Below, piece after piece: positions 21,704-32,243 of a DNA stretch of 64,000 nucleotides. Under the pieces are notes generated by a model, which did no database searches, was not told where the DNA came from, and saw only the letters and a program-made list of their open reading frames with translations. The translations under genes were made by a program, and so were the position numbers. Source of the DNA: a virus. The stretch is taken from IMG/VR virus record IMGVR_UViG_3300027963_000066, positions 1-64,000 of that record; one strand, 5' to 3'. Positions within the stretch are counted from its first letter, which is position 1. Every line of letters begins with the position of its first letter.

Positions 21704-22307
21704 GTGATACTTTTTTTTGATACATCCAATCTAGACCATCTCGGTCTAGACCGCGACCCGCAAATTCAAAATTATATTTTTCCAAGTGTTGCTTTACTGG
21801 TTCAGTCTGTCCGTGAAGGTTGGTGTATTCAAAACTAAGTTGATCAATATCAAATAGACTCCAATCTGTGTCAAGAATAACGTCGCCATCGACACCTTCA
21901 ATATCTAATGCTAACACATCTACATGTGAATTGCCAACAGTTTTATTGAGGAAATTGGTTAATGTTTCACAAGGTGCTTGAAATTCTACAAGATCATCTC
22001 TTCCTGTATGATTTCTATTAACGCTGGTACATTGATAGTGAGGACCGTCACCTTTGGAATAATAAAAGGTAACTGTTTTATCTGTGTAGTAGCTAGGAAT
22101 TATACCGATGTCGTAAATTTCTGCTTGAGGATAATCTTTCCAACATTCTTTTAAAAATGGAATGTTAATAGGATTTGGTTCTACTAAAATAACCCTACCA
22201 ATTGTAGTAGGATCTAACGCCTTAACCATGCGAGTAAATCCATCTATAAAATTAGCACTGGGATCTCTGTCACCGGCACCGGCACCTACTTGTATAAAAG
22301 TTTTCAT
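21696..22307 (-). CDS. FkbM-family methyltransferase
   Basis: FIQVGA, VEPNP, LDIEG. Confidence 0.8.
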   Translation of the reverse strand: MKTFIQVGAGAGDRDPSANFIDGFTRMVKALDPTTIGRVILVEPNPINIPFLKECWKDYPQAEIYDIGIIPSYYTDKTVTFYYSKGDGPHYQCTSVNRNHTGRDDLVEFQAPCETLTNFLNKTVGNSHVDVLALDIEGVDGDVILDTDWSLFDIDQLSFEYTNLHGQTEPVKQHLEKYNFEFAGRGLDRDGLDWMYQKKVSHD

Positions 22308-22465
22308 TATTCTTTCTCCATGGACCACGATCCATCTTTATTATCTGTCCATTTTAACACATCGCCTTCTTTCCATCCTTGCATTTCCAACAGCTCTGGT
22401 GGTAAAGGTAAAATAAGATCTCCGGTCTCCGGATCTTCTTCAACGGTAATAGTCCACTGTGTCAT
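22307..22465 (-). CDS. Small AbrB/MazE-like DNA-binding protein (not in ORF track)
   Basis: MTQWTITVEEDPETGDLILPLPPELLEMQGWKEGDVLKW; RBS in upstream gene end. Confidence 0.65.
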   Translation of the reverse strand: MTQWTITVEEDPETGDLILPLPPELLEMQGWKEGDVLKWTDNKDGSWSMEKE

Positions 22466-22467
22466 AG

Positions 22468-22715
22468 TTAATTCCTTGTAAGTGCGTGATAAACTAAAAA
22501 TTCTTTAAAAGCCTTATAGACGGCGGCCGCTTCTTCTTCGTCCGCCTTGACTTTTACTCCTCGAACATAAAATCCATCTTCGGTAATTTTAAGCATTTCT
22601 ATTTGCCCACCGACAAGTGTAATATTACTTTCTGGAGGTGCCGATACAGTCAATACCGGTTCAGGCAGTGGGGTGTTAATGATAAACATTTCTTGCGCTA
22701 TAATTCCGTGTGTCA
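22468..22715 (-). CDS. Hypothetical protein (start uncertain)
   Basis: ORF; sigma70-like boxes just upstream. Confidence 0.5.
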
Positions 22716-22746
22716 TGTTATTATTATACACTGTTTGCAGGTTAAG

Positions 22747-23325
22747 TCAAATCTTATTATACCATCCAGTCAGTATATATTTTGGCTGTGTGTAAACTGT
22801 ATTGCCTCGATGCACATGGGTCATGCCTGCAGGCCAAATGACCACAGTACCTCTGGTAGGCCGAACTTTTCGATGCTGGAATAAAAACTCAGTTTCAGCT
22901 TCACCTTCGGGCATGTCATTCAAATAGATCATCCAAGTTAGTTCTCTTGAATGATAATTTATTCCGCCGTTTTCGTAATGCCAAATATGAAATCCACCGC
23001 GTGGCGGAGTTTTCTGCAATTTCATTTCGCAGTTGTTAGTCATGTTTAAATCTTTTAATTGACTAAATTCTGCAATATATTCGGTTAGGCAATCATGTAG
23101 ATAGTACAAATATTTGCTACAGAGATCTGCTTTATTAAACACAGGATTTTGTAAGAATACAGCAATATCGGCTCTCCCTAATCCACCATTAGAAAACTGT
23201 GTGTTATTATTAATGACATGATCTTTAAGATCCGGATTAACGATAACTGATTCAATAGTATCAATAGTTTCTTGGCAATCCTCGGAAGAGACTTTACCAG
23301 GCCATATTCTAATAAAATCTTCCAT
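22747..23325 (-). CDS. 2OG-Fe(II) oxygenase
   Basis: GGFHIWHYE, WMIYLND, THVHRG, KYILTGW. Confidence 0.88.
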   Translation of the reverse strand: MEDFIRIWPGKVSSEDCQETIDTIESVIVNPDLKDHVINNNTQFSNGGLGRADIAVFLQNPVFNKADLCSKYLYYLHDCLTEYIAEFSQLKDLNMTNNCEMKLQKTPPRGGFHIWHYENGGINYHSRELTWMIYLNDMPEGEAETEFLFQHRKVRPTRGTVVIWPAGMTHVHRGNTVYTQPKYILTGWYNKI

Positions 23326-24260
23326 TATAGATGGCTTCGAAAATAATCAATAGTTTTAATTAACCCTTGCTCTAGGTTAATAGTAGGCTCCCAATTGAGC
23401 ATGGCTTTTGCTCGAGTGATATCCGGCCTGCGCTGTTTTGGATCATCCTGAGGTAAAGTTTGTTGTAATATTTGGCTCTTACTTCCGGTTAATTCAATGA
23501 CCTTATGTGCTAATTCCCACATGGTAAACTCCCCAGGATTACCGATGTTAACTGGCCCAATAAAAGAGTCGTCTGGATGATTCATCATGGCTTGTATAGC
23601 ATCTAACAGATCATCAACATAGCAGAAACTGCGAGTTTGCATACCGTCTCCGTAGATAGTAATGTCGCGACCTTGCAATGCCTGTACCACAAAATTACTA
23701 ACAACTCTGCCGTCATTCTGTGCCATTCTAGGACCATATGTGTTAAAAATACGCACAATTTTGGCCTTAACATCGTGTGTGCGATAGTAGTCCATGAACA
23801 AGGTTTCCGCGGCTCGTTTGCCTTCGTCGTAGCAACTGCGTATACCAATTGGATTTACATTGCCCCAATATTCCTCAGGTTGAGGATGAACTGTGGGATC
23901 ACCGTAGCACTCACTGGTTGACGCCTGTAAGATTTTAGCACCAGTACGTTTGGCCAGTCCCAACATATTGTAAGAACCAATTACACTGGTTTTCATCGTC
24001 TGGATTGGATCCCATTGATAATAAAATGGACTCGCTGGACAAGCAAGATTGTAGATTTCATCTACTTCTACATACAGAGGCAGGCAGATATCTTGTCGGA
24101 TAACTTCAAAGTTCTTGTTATCTAACAAGTGTGCAATATTATTTTTACTGCCTGTAAAATAATTGTCTACACAAAGAACATGATGTCCTTCTTTGACTAA
24201 CCGTTCGCAGAGATGACTGCCTAAGAAACCTGCTCCGCCTGTTACTAAAATTTTTTTCAT
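23325..24260 (-). CDS. UDP-glucuronate decarboxylase (UDP-xylose synthase-like SDR)
   Basis: [35 protein letters not shown]. Confidence 0.92.
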   Translation of the reverse strand: MKKILVTGGAGFLGSHLCERLVKEGHHVLCVDNYFTGSKNNIAHLLDNKNFEVIRQDICLPLYVEVDEIYNLACPASPFYYQWDPIQTMKTSVIGSYNMLGLAKRTGAKILQASTSECYGDPTVHPQPEEYWGNVNPIGIRSCYDEGKRAAETLFMDYYRTHDVKAKIVRIFNTYGPRMAQNDGRVVSNFVVQALQGRDITIYGDGMQTRSFCYVDDLLDAIQAMMNHPDDSFIGPVNIGNPGEFTMWELAHKVIELTGSKSQILQQTLPQDDPKQRRPDITRAKAMLNWEPTINLEQGLIKTIDYFRSHL

Positions 24261-24407
24261 TTATCTACCTTTGCTGGCTGTATAATGCCATATTGTTTAT
24301 ATAACCAGCTGATAAAATTTTCAACTGGCAAACTAGGACTTACCTGCGTTTGATAAGCCCTATATGCTATACTTATTTTTTCTAACCATTCTTTATCTGT
24401 CATTTGA

Positions 24408-24599
24408 TCACCAATGCCTTATTGTATTTGCTATAATAAAGAAGCAGGTCACTACGTGAATTATAACCCAAAAGGTTTTAAAAAATAATGCTACCCTAGC
24501 TTCTCGTAAAGTAAGAATAGGAACATCCGGACGATCGTCGTCCGTGTTCCCCATAAGATGTCCAGTTGCTCGCGCCCATACTCTCTCGATACTGTTCAT
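24408..24599 (-). CDS. Small membrane protein
   Basis: C-terminal TM; coupled to queD. Confidence 0.55.
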   Translation of the reverse strand: MNSIERVWARATGHLMGNTDDDRPDVPILTLREARVALFFKTFWVIIHVVTCFFIIANTIRHW

Positions 24600-25048
24600 T
24601 GTGCCTCGTAAATCGCTGAATTAGCGCCATGTTCCGCACACTCAACTCTGACACAATAACAACGACCGCTAGTCTTCTCACGTATTAGTGCGTCGGCAAA
24701 GTTAAAAGCATGTTCAGCAAACTTCTCTGCACCTACACCATCAAAATATCGAATTTCAGCCAACCCCAATTCTTCTAATTCCACAAATTTGCTTAAATAT
24801 GGATCTTGTCGATCCAATGCCAACTTGTGATCAAAGTGATCTTCCAACCAGGCTTTGAGAGGTTTAAGCCCGCCAAAGTCCACTGCCCAGTTCTTGTTGT
24901 CTAGGGTATCACAGCCGAATGTGAATGTGAACGCTAGACTGTAGCCATGTAGCAGGTGACAATGACTGTGATCTGCATTAGGTTGACGGAATACCGCTGA
25001 CAGACCAATGTTATGTCCGTAGTGTTTTGTTGAGAAAAATTTTGCCAT
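24596..25048 (-). CDS. queD: 6-carboxytetrahydropterin synthase / PTPS
   Basis: HCHLLHGY, VDFGGLK, FDHK, EKFA. Confidence 0.85.
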   Translation of the reverse strand: MAKFFSTKHYGHNIGLSAVFRQPNADHSHCHLLHGYSLAFTFTFGCDTLDNKNWAVDFGGLKPLKAWLEDHFDHKLALDRQDPYLSKFVELEELGLAEIRYFDGVGAEKFAEHAFNFADALIREKTSGRCYCVRVECAEHGANSAIYEAQ

Positions 25049-25070
25049 CTCTAGTCTCCTTTATTTAAAG

Positions 25071-25130
25071 TAGCAAGTTTGACGACATGCAGAATTTATA
25101 AAGCGGGGTGAAAGTCGTAAAAGGCCGCTA
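25071..25130 (-). promoter_or_regulatory. Structured 5' leader of queD (predicted pseudoknot)
   Basis: AGCGG/CCGCU pairing interleaved with ACGAC/GUCGU pairing. Confidence 0.5.
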
Positions 25131-25135
25131 ATGAA

Positions 25136-25164
25136 ATTATATAGATATGTTTGCTATATGTCAA
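25136..25164 (-). promoter_or_regulatory. Sigma70 promoter for queD
   Basis: Perfect TTGACA-N17-TATAAT. Confidence 0.85.
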
Positions 25165-25177
25165 TATTTATGAACAA

Positions 25178-25348
25178 TTATTTTAGTTGTTTTATTTCTT
25201 CTTTGATGATTTTTATTTCATCTGTGATGTGGTCAAGAATTTCTATTTCATTTTGCCTTGCTGACATAAATTTATAAACTGTAAGGGCAAATAACGCCCA
25301 TCCAATAAATCCGCCTATTAATAAAGATACAATAATAAAATTTGCCAT
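25178..25348 (-). CDS. Small membrane protein
   Basis: GGGAG RBS before MANFIIV; TM helix. Confidence 0.5.
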   Translation of the reverse strand: MANFIIVSLLIGGFIGWALFALTVYKFMSARQNEIEILDHITDEIKIIKEEIKQLK

Positions 25349-25410
25349 AATGATTCTCCCTTGAGTAGAGTATTTACAACTGCCCAAGGAAGTATTTTAC
25401 TCATAGTTAA

Positions 25411-26007
25411 TCAACGTTTTTCAATTATCTTATCACATAAGCCATAGGCCAGTGCTTCTTCGGCTGACATAAAGGTGTCACGGTCCATGTCACGTTCAAA
25501 ATCGGCGTAAGATTTACCGGCAGTGTTGTGTTCAACATATAGTTTGGTTAACATTGTTTTCATCTGAGTAATTTCTTTGTATTGGATCTCAATGTCACTT
25601 TGCATGCCACGGGCGCCACCACTTGGCTGATGAATCATATGTCGAGCATGCGGTAGCATAAATCGTTTGCCGGGATGTCCTGCCTGAGCCAAAAAACTAC
25701 CCATGCTACATGCCTGGCCTAACACATAGGTACAGACATTGGGTTTAACAAACTGCATGACATCATAGATGGCCATGCCGCTGGTAATGACACCGCCTGG
25801 ACTGTTGATGTAAAAGTGGATATCCTTCTCACTATCGGCACTCTCTAAATGTAAGATCTGTGCCACAATTAAATTGCTACTGTGATCATCAACTGGTCCA
25901 TTAAGGAACACAATACGCTCATTAAGCAATCGACTAAAAATATCAAAGGCACGTTCGCCTTGACCGGTCTTTTCGACCACCATTGGTACTAACATATTAA
26001 AACTCAT
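25411..26007 (-). CDS. clpP: ATP-dependent Clp protease proteolytic subunit
   Basis: [31 protein letters not shown]. Confidence 0.95.
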   Translation of the reverse strand: MSFNMLVPMVVEKTGQGERAFDIFSRLLNERIVFLNGPVDDHSSNLIVAQILHLESADSEKDIHFYINSPGGVITSGMAIYDVMQFVKPNVCTYVLGQACSMGSFLAQAGHPGKRFMLPHARHMIHQPSGGARGMQSDIEIQYKEITQMKTMLTKLYVEHNTAGKSYADFERDMDRDTFMSAEEALAYGLCDKIIEKR

Positions 26008-26422
26008 CCTTTATTGTTTTTGTATTTGCAAGACCTGCAAGAATTTGAAACTGTTCCCAGGCTTTCTTTACTGTGATGTTACTTTCGATATCTTCTGACT
26101 GAAGCCCTGCTTCTAACCAATAGTAAGGCAACCGGCGAGGATGTGCTCCGAACTTGCGAGGCTGATGTATTTTACCCTGCTCCCATAGTTCGGTGCTAAC
26201 ATTGCGGAACTTGGCTTGGTCCTCTGGACTGTTAAAGTCATAATTGCTCCATTCGGGATTACTCAATCCGCCATAACAATAACCTTCCCAAATGCCCGCC
26301 CACTCATCATCGATAGTAGGATCAAAATCTGTGCGGGCAATAATCACCAACACATCGCTAATATCTACTCGACCTTCGACAATATCAAGAATACAACGGC
26401 TATAGCTTAATCCAATTTTCAT
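25997..26422 (-). CDS. Hypothetical protein
   Basis: Coupled ORF. Confidence 0.6.
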   Translation of the reverse strand: MKIGLSYSRCILDIVEGRVDISDVLVIIARTDFDPTIDDEWAGIWEGYCYGGLSNPEWSNYDFNSPEDQAKFRNVSTELWEQGKIHQPRKFGAHPRRLPYYWLEAGLQSEDIESNITVKKAWEQFQILAGLANTKTIKDEF

Positions 26423-26685
26423 TCTTCTTCCCTAAGTTGGTCACGGAATACTGCTAACTGTTCGATAAGATTTTGAACACCTGCTTTGGTCATAGTGAGG
26501 GTACTATACCCTACTTTTAAAGTCATATGCATCCCTTCAGCAGTAACACCAACACTGTATATAGTCTCTGGAGCATTTGACTCTTTTGGGGGCACGATAG
26601 GAATTGCTCTAGTCTCTGGGAATTTAACCACATTAGAGTAATCAGGTTTCTTAAACCAATCAAACATCTTTTTTCTCCATATCAT
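26419..26685 (-). CDS. Hypothetical protein
   Basis: Coupled ORF. Confidence 0.55.
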   Translation of the reverse strand: MIWRKKMFDWFKKPDYSNVVKFPETRAIPIVPPKESNAPETIYSVGVTAEGMHMTLKVGYSTLTMTKAGVQNLIEQLAVFRDQLREEE

Positions 26686-26902
26686 ACTGTTTAACCATAC
26701 GATAAAGTGGTTCCATACGTTCTTGAAATATTGATGGGCAGTTCTCAGCGGCTACTTTCATATCCCACGCACTGGGATAATGTCGCAGGCACCAACGAGC
26801 CTGATCCTTGATTGCTTTTGGGACTCGAGGAGTATTAAGTATCTCTACTAAAAACTCCTGAGTCTTTATTACTGCACGATAACGTTCATCAGGGAGTGTC
26901 AT
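26660..26902 (-). CDS. Hypothetical phage protein
   Basis: MTLPDERYRA...PRVPK...LRHYP pattern. Confidence 0.65.
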   Translation of the reverse strand: MTLPDERYRAVIKTQEFLVEILNTPRVPKAIKDQARWCLRHYPSAWDMKVAAENCPSIFQERMEPLYRMVKQYDMEKKDV

Positions 26903-27350
26903 GTGTTGGTTCGTTCATTTTATGATATTCGGCTAATTCTTGAGCTCGAGTCGCTTCTCGTTGTTCTTCGCAAGGTGTGCAAATAGTACGCACCCATCCA
27001 CCGCCGTGGGTTTCAGCTGGATTACCACAACCTTCACAAGTCACACCTGACATCGATTCTGCCATAGTAACTAAGCCGCTAATGTAGTCATCGCCACCTG
27101 TGTAGTAAAAACGCAGTGTACCGAACTTTTCTTTAACTTGATCCAGTGTCACCTGAGGAACAACTTCGCCGTCTCGATTCTTCCAATCGATATGATGTTG
27201 GATATTGCCCATGAGTTGATTTAGAATATTAAACCAACCGTCTCCGCATTCAAAACCCCAACACATGCAGGTTTCGGTCATAGGTAGATTACGATTGACC
27301 ATCATCTTTGGATATACCTTACACAGGTATTCGTCTAGTTCTCTTTTCAT
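26889..27350 (-). CDS. Hypothetical phage protein
   Basis: GDGW, QVKEKFGTLRFY, CEGCG motifs. Confidence 0.7.
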   Translation of the reverse strand: MKRELDEYLCKVYPKMMVNRNLPMTETCMCWGFECGDGWFNILNQLMGNIQHHIDWKNRDGEVVPQVTLDQVKEKFGTLRFYYTGGDDYISGLVTMAESMSGVTCEGCGNPAETHGGGWVRTICTPCEEQREATRAQELAEYHKMNEPTHDTP

Positions 27351-27949
27351 TCTTCTTCCGATACTTCGTCGCCGAAACTATATTCTACTTTATTTTCTTT
27401 AAATTTCATTGCTCGAGCCCGAGCACCTTCTGGATCACGCTTAACTTCATCGACTAGTTCCATCAATGCATTGTTGATGTAGTCGTTGAGAGTAATGCCT
27501 TGACGATGTGCGTTCATTGCGGCTTCCAATAACAGGTCGTCTGGCAGATCTAAAGGAACGCTGATTCGGGTATCGTAATCCTCGCCGTCTTTGATAGCCA
27601 GGCACTTTTGAATAAAGTCATCGTCGACTTCTAAATCTATATAGTCTACATCATCCCATGCTTGATTCAAGTTGACTCCGAGTTCTTTGGCTTCTTTGGC
27701 ATGCTTCTTTTGTTTGTCCTCAGCAATCATGCGATATGCACGGTCGTTGGTATAATCGCATACACTGACTTCATAGACCTTTTGTGTCTTAGTACTGAAC
27801 ACAATACTAAAACTGTATCCGCCTTTGCCGTGGACACCGTTCCAACTGTCTAAGCAGTAGGCATTGTCGCCGTAGCAACTCCACCCATAATCACTGCCTT
27901 CAGTGATTTTATAGTCAACCAACTCCATCCATTCTTTCATAGTGATCAT
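27347..27949 (-). CDS. Hypothetical protein with possible C-terminal ribbon-helix-helix
   Basis: AAMNAHRQGITLNDYIN resembles a HicB-like RHH. Confidence 0.6.
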   Translation of the reverse strand: MITMKEWMELVDYKITEGSDYGWSCYGDNAYCLDSWNGVHGKGGYSFSIVFSTKTQKVYEVSVCDYTNDRAYRMIAEDKQKKHAKEAKELGVNLNQAWDDVDYIDLEVDDDFIQKCLAIKDGEDYDTRISVPLDLPDDLLLEAAMNAHRQGITLNDYINNALMELVDEVKRDPEGARARAMKFKENKVEYSFGDEVSEEE

Positions 27950-27977
27950 TTCAACACTCCTTTAAATATATATTATA

Positions 27978-28169
27978 CTAGATAGTAACCTTATCTGTCA
28001 ATAGTTCTCGACAAATACTTTTAATCTCCGGCCTAATGTTTTGATCTGTCTGCACAGCCTCACAATCTACTTCGATGGCACTTTCATCATCTTCCTGCAT
28101 TAGCCCTATAAGGAATAACAAACCTATAACAGCCAACACAGTTACAACAATATCAAAGATTTTTTTCAC
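27978..28169 (-). CDS. Small membrane protein
   Basis: N-terminal TM. Confidence 0.5.
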   Translation of the reverse strand: MKKIFDIVVTVLAVIGLLFLIGLMQEDDESAIEVDCEAVQTDQNIRPEIKSICRELLTDKVTI

Positions 28170-29350
28170 TTAAATACCTTCAAGATAACAATGTCCTCAC
28201 TCATGCGTCCATTGCACAGAGTTTCTGTAGTCTTAATGTTTTTAACAAACCAAGTTTCAATTCGCCGCTGTGTATTCTGCTCTTTAAACTCTTTGAGTTG
28301 TTCTGCAGGTTTACGCAGAGTCTTTTGGAAACTCTTATCAGTAAATTCTGTAATGCTGGTACCTTTGACGCTTAAACCGTTTGAAGTTTTGGCAGTGTAC
28401 ATACCAATCTTACGAGTCTTGGTATTATAAACAACTGCCAGTTGAGCACCAATAATACCTGCTGGCGGCACTGAAGTAATACCGAGCTTGGCGTCGCTCA
28501 ACATGAACTTCATTTTCTTAACCAAGTCTTCTGCTGGCTTAACTTTCTTAGCACGAGGTTTCTTAAGTACTTTCTGTTCAGCCGCAATCTGCTCACAAGC
28601 CGCCGCAATAGCTTCATAGAAGTCGATCAATTTTTTAACATTTTTGCGGCTGACATGTTTGTAACCCTCGCGGAGTTGTTCATCAGCATTACCGCTGGCA
28701 AGCTCATGAAGTTCATCAAGGCCGCTTTGGAAGTATTGTTTAATAATACGAGCATGAGCGGCCTTGGCACCCTTGCCTTTGAGCAGATTAATGATCTTAA
28801 ATGCCTTTGGGTCAAATGCATCTGGGTCTGTGATCCAGCTGTCAATAGCATAGTCGAGTTCTTCGCCCATATCTCCGGCAGTTTCGCGCAGACGATCTTG
28901 GATAGTAACCACCGGTGCTTGTGCAACCACTGGCTTGACTTCTGGTACTACTTCAATGTCAAACCGGCCATCTTCGATAACCTTGGCGATTTCTTTACGC
29001 AACCAATCGGCAGTGTTTTTGCCACCATTGAAATCTGTACGAACTTCGGGCATGCCTTTGATCAAACAACTAGCAACGGCGCCCATGGTTGTATTGCAAC
29101 GCCAATCTTTAGTTTTCTTAAAACTTTGAATAGCATCTCGGCTGTAGCCAGCACGACCCATCCAATCAATTACCTTGGGTTTAAGATCTTTGGCCGTGGT
29201 TTCCATATTGTAATAACGCATAGCGTTACGGAAGTGTTGAGAAAATTGGTCAGCGGACCAAGAATCTGCACCATCCCACTTGGGACTGTGATCTCGTTTA
29301 GAGTTTTCTCGAATGCTTTGACCAGTAATACGTTTAGTAGCTGTTGCCAT
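28166..29350 (-). CDS. Hypothetical phage protein (early)
   Basis: 394-aa ORF, AAGGAG RBS, perfect sigma70 promoter upstream. Confidence 0.75.
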   Translation of the reverse strand: MATATKRITGQSIRENSKRDHSPKWDGADSWSADQFSQHFRNAMRYYNMETTAKDLKPKVIDWMGRAGYSRDAIQSFKKTKDWRCNTTMGAVASCLIKGMPEVRTDFNGGKNTADWLRKEIAKVIEDGRFDIEVVPEVKPVVAQAPVVTIQDRLRETAGDMGEELDYAIDSWITDPDAFDPKAFKIINLLKGKGAKAAHARIIKQYFQSGLDELHELASGNADEQLREGYKHVSRKNVKKLIDFYEAIAAACEQIAAEQKVLKKPRAKKVKPAEDLVKKMKFMLSDAKLGITSVPPAGIIGAQLAVVYNTKTRKIGMYTAKTSNGLSVKGTSITEFTDKSFQKTLRKPAEQLKEFKEQNTQRRIETWFVKNIKTTETLCNGRMSEDIVILKVFK

Positions 29351-29384
29351 GAATAGTGCTCCTTTAGTGCCTTACAATAGTTAT

Positions 29385-29413
29385 ATTATACAGGGATCTA
29401 GGCCCTGTGTCAA
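29385..29413 (-). promoter_or_regulatory. Sigma70 promoter with palindromic spacer
   Basis: TTGACA-CAGGGCCTAGATCCCTG-TATAAT. Confidence 0.85.
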
Positions 29414-29469
29414 GAGACCGGTTTTACCAAAATGTCCAATATAAATAACAGATTACCGGGAAACTTAAC

Positions 29470-30147
29470 ATGGAAAGTAATTGGGAATTAACCAAACAAA
29501 AAAGTCAGTATCATTTTGATCCAACTATTATAGACCCTAGATGGGATTCTGTCACCCGTTTAGGCAATTTTATTCCAAATTGGGCAACAGAACTTGAAGA
29601 AATAATCCAAAGTTCCAGGCCTGCTACATGGGCAACTCGTGCAGAATTTGTAAGACCCTTAGAAGCTAGAAAAGGTAATAAAGAACTCCAAAAAGAAGAA
29701 TACGATTTATTGCAGTCTGGATTATCCGCGGATCATCAAATCAGTCATTTAAGTTGGCATGTTCCTCCACTGTTTCAAAAGATGAGCGATCTGTTTGGAA
29801 TGGAGGACACATGGAATCGCATGCATATCCAAAAAACTGGTGAACTTTGGAATCTGCATATTGACAAACTGGAAAAAGCCTGCCCAGAAGATCCTAGCAG
29901 AGTATTAAGAGTTTTTGTTCAACTAACTGATTGGCAACCTGGACAATTTTGGCAATATGGAAATTATAATTACTGCCAATGGCGGGCAGGCGATATTACC
30001 ACATTTGATTGGCAGAATGTTCCTCACTGTACTGCCAACGCAGGGTACCATCCAAGAGTAACATTCCAGATTACAGGATTGATCACTGACAAGACCCGAG
30101 AATTTTTACAAGTATTAAATGCCGGATCTTACCAGGTAGATCAATAA
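29470..30147 (+). CDS. Cupin/2OG-oxygenase-like protein
   Basis: LHID...VPHCTAN..RVTFQITG facial-triad-like motifs; TATAAATA upstream. Confidence 0.55.
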   Translation: MESNWELTKQKSQYHFDPTIIDPRWDSVTRLGNFIPNWATELEEIIQSSRPATWATRAEFVRPLEARKGNKELQKEEYDLLQSGLSADHQISHLSWHVPPLFQKMSDLFGMEDTWNRMHIQKTGELWNLHIDKLEKACPEDPSRVLRVFVQLTDWQPGQFWQYGNYNYCQWRAGDITTFDWQNVPHCTANAGYHPRVTFQITGLITDKTREFLQVLNAGSYQVDQ

Positions 30148-30716
30148 AAATCATCATCCCAAGGTACGGGAACCCAACCTAATTTTTTTAGATCTTCTCG
30201 AATTTCATCTGTAACTATGCCTTCTGGTACATAGTCTCGACCGACCGGATCTGGAGTAGGATCATACCCATCTAATCCGTAGCCCTTTTCTTTGTTGCCA
30301 ATGCCACTACAGTACCAATCAATGTAGTCGCCCTTTTCTTGCATGTCGGCAATGATACCACCGCTATGACGCCAGCTGGCACTCCAACGTTGATCCTTGA
30401 GGATAGGCATAACATCCAATTTGATAAACTGCATGTTACACATGGCCGCATACAAGTTTTGAGCATAGTTATCACTAGCCTTTACCTTATCGCAGATCCA
30501 TTTAGTGCTACGGAGATCATACTCCATATTATCTTTTTGCCAAACAGGATCGTGAATCTTGTTAGCTTCATCGATCTTGATCTGTTCCCACATGTCAATA
30601 TAATCTTGATTGAGCTCTTCACCTGCTTCTTTTGCCCGTTTGATTGCACCTTCCTTTTGGAAGGTATGACGTTCAGGACTTGATGCTACTTCTGGCTTCT
30701 TTGAATTGTTTGACAT
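30141..30716 (-). CDS. Hypothetical protein
   Basis: ORF. Confidence 0.65.
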   Translation of the reverse strand: MSNNSKKPEVASSPERHTFQKEGAIKRAKEAGEELNQDYIDMWEQIKIDEANKIHDPVWQKDNMEYDLRSTKWICDKVKASDNYAQNLYAAMCNMQFIKLDVMPILKDQRWSASWRHSGGIIADMQEKGDYIDWYCSGIGNKEKGYGLDGYDPTPDPVGRDYVPEGIVTDEIREDLKKLGWVPVPWDDDFY

Positions 30717-31020
30717 CGGCGATTGCCTTTTTTAGTGTTTCGGAATAGTTAAGAGCCTGTTGTTCTGACATAATTAAACTGGCTTCATATTCTACATAAC
30801 CTTTGGTCAGCAGGGTCCAAATAATTTTGAAACGATTAAGTTCCCACCATTTGGATTTTTGTTGAGTATATGTAGTTACAATAACACCAGTTTCGTCTGC
30901 TTCTACCCAAACATTGTGTTGATGTGTGGGGTCTGAACATTCGCAAGGAACCCCGTACATGACAGCGTCACCCCATTCGTTATGTTTAAAAATTCCTTCT
31001 GCTGGCAGTTGTGCTTTCAT
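30673..31020 (-). CDS. Hypothetical protein
   Basis: ORF. Confidence 0.6.
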   Translation of the reverse strand: MKAQLPAEGIFKHNEWGDAVMYGVPCECSDPTHQHNVWVEADETGVIVTTYTQQKSKWWELNRFKIIWTLLTKGYVEYEASLIMSEQQALNYSETLKKAIADVKQFKEARSSIKS

Positions 31021-31250
31021 TGAATTTTTCTTTCTTTTGAAATACCGGCCTGTGACAGATGTTCGATAGCTTCGAGGTCTTCTTCAGTGGGGTCATCGAA
31101 GTTAATCAATCGAGAATTTTCTTGTAGTTCACCGGATTTGATCATACGAGTGATTTCTTTAATCAACCCGTCTAGTTCTTCTTGAGAACCTTCAAAATTA
31201 TCAAAGCATCCGGGAGCAAACTCGATTTTAAGTTTCTTTTCTTCAGTCAT
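31017..31250 (-). CDS. Hypothetical protein
   Basis: ORF. Confidence 0.6.
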   Translation of the reverse strand: MTEEKKLKIEFAPGCFDNFEGSQEELDGLIKEITRMIKSGELQENSRLINFDDPTEEDLEAIEHLSQAGISKERKIQ

Positions 31251-31410
31251 TTTTTTCATTTGGAGTTAGGGGACGGTTAATACAAAATTCACAAGTTGGG
31301 TCGTCACATTTGGACTCTGACCATTTATTACACTCTGCACAATAGTAAGCATCGTACTCTTTTGAGTACAATCTCTTAATATCACAACTGCAATTATAAA
31401 TTAGGTCCAT
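31243..31410 (-). CDS. Small Cys-rich (zinc-finger-like) protein (not in ORF track)
   Basis: MDLIYNCSC...YDAYYCAECNKWSESKCDDPTCEFCINRP fills the gap between genes. Confidence 0.55.
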   Translation of the reverse strand: MDLIYNCSCDIKRLYSKEYDAYYCAECNKWSESKCDDPTCEFCINRPLTPNEKND

Positions 31411-32243
31411 AAGCTATCACGAGCTTTGATAAGACGGATCATCATTGCTTCGTCTTCTGCTTCGTAGGCGGCTTCGATTTCTTGTAGTAGCTGGTGTGAT
31501 TTGTCACTCATTTCTTTAAGTTCGGGACTCTTATCGCCGCTGAAACTTAGCTTGCCGCCATTGGCAATACGACTTGCTTCACAGTACTCTGTCCAACCAC
31601 TGGCATCATATGGATCAGGACGATTTGGGTAGACAGTGGTCCACCAAGTATACAGTTCTTTGATCTCTCGAGCACGGATAGCTTGTCCAGTTGGCTTACC
31701 GTAGTTAGGATCACTTTCCTCTACACCCCAGTCGGAACTCATAGTCAAAGTCATTGCCCAATCAAGATGATCAAGGCCTGCTTGTGGACAACGCCATGTA
31801 CGCCAACGCCACCACCCACTGGCCCAGAATGGAGATTTGTATTTCTTACGTGCTTCTTCATCCCAGGCAATGTGACTCCATGCTTGTTCTACTTCAACAA
31901 AATCAACCAACTCATTGAATAAGCAAGGCAGAAAGCGGTTACCCACGTCGCACCATTGACCCGGTTTAATATCCCGGGGATGAGCGGTAAGACCATGAGT
32001 ACGAGTAACCCAACGGTTGTTAATGTAGTATTTGATATCATATATTTTCCTTACAGGCCAAGTGACGAAATCTTGAATGTGGCCGAGGGCTTCCTCCGCT
32101 AACCAGTAGCGAAAGTTATGCTTCATTTGGGCACGGGTAGTCCACTCGTCCCACTCTTCGGCAGTGCCTGCATCTAGCTTTTTAGTGCCACGAAGCCAAT
32201 CTGCGAAAGGACTGCATGACCAGTAATTTGAATGTTGTGCCAT
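31401..32243 (-). CDS. Hypothetical Trp-rich phage protein
   Basis: 280-aa ORF. Confidence 0.7.
   Translation of the reverse strand: MAQHSNYWSCSPFADWLRGTKKLDAGTAEEWDEWTTRAQMKHNFRYWLAEEALGHIQDFVTWPVRKIYDIKYYINNRWVTRTHGLTAHPRDIKPGQWCDVGNRFLPCLFNELVDFVEVEQAWSHIAWDEEARKKYKSPFWASGWWRWRTWRCPQAGLDHLDWAMTLTMSSDWGVEESDPNYGKPTGQAIRAREIKELYTWWTTVYPNRPDPYDASGWTEYCEASRIANGGKLSFSGDKSPELKEMSDKSHQLLQEIEAAYEAEDEAMMIRLIKARDSLWT

Noticed and set aside
28655-29356. 233-aa plus-strand ORF
   Set aside because: It is an antisense shadow of 28166..29350, which has the RBS and promoter.
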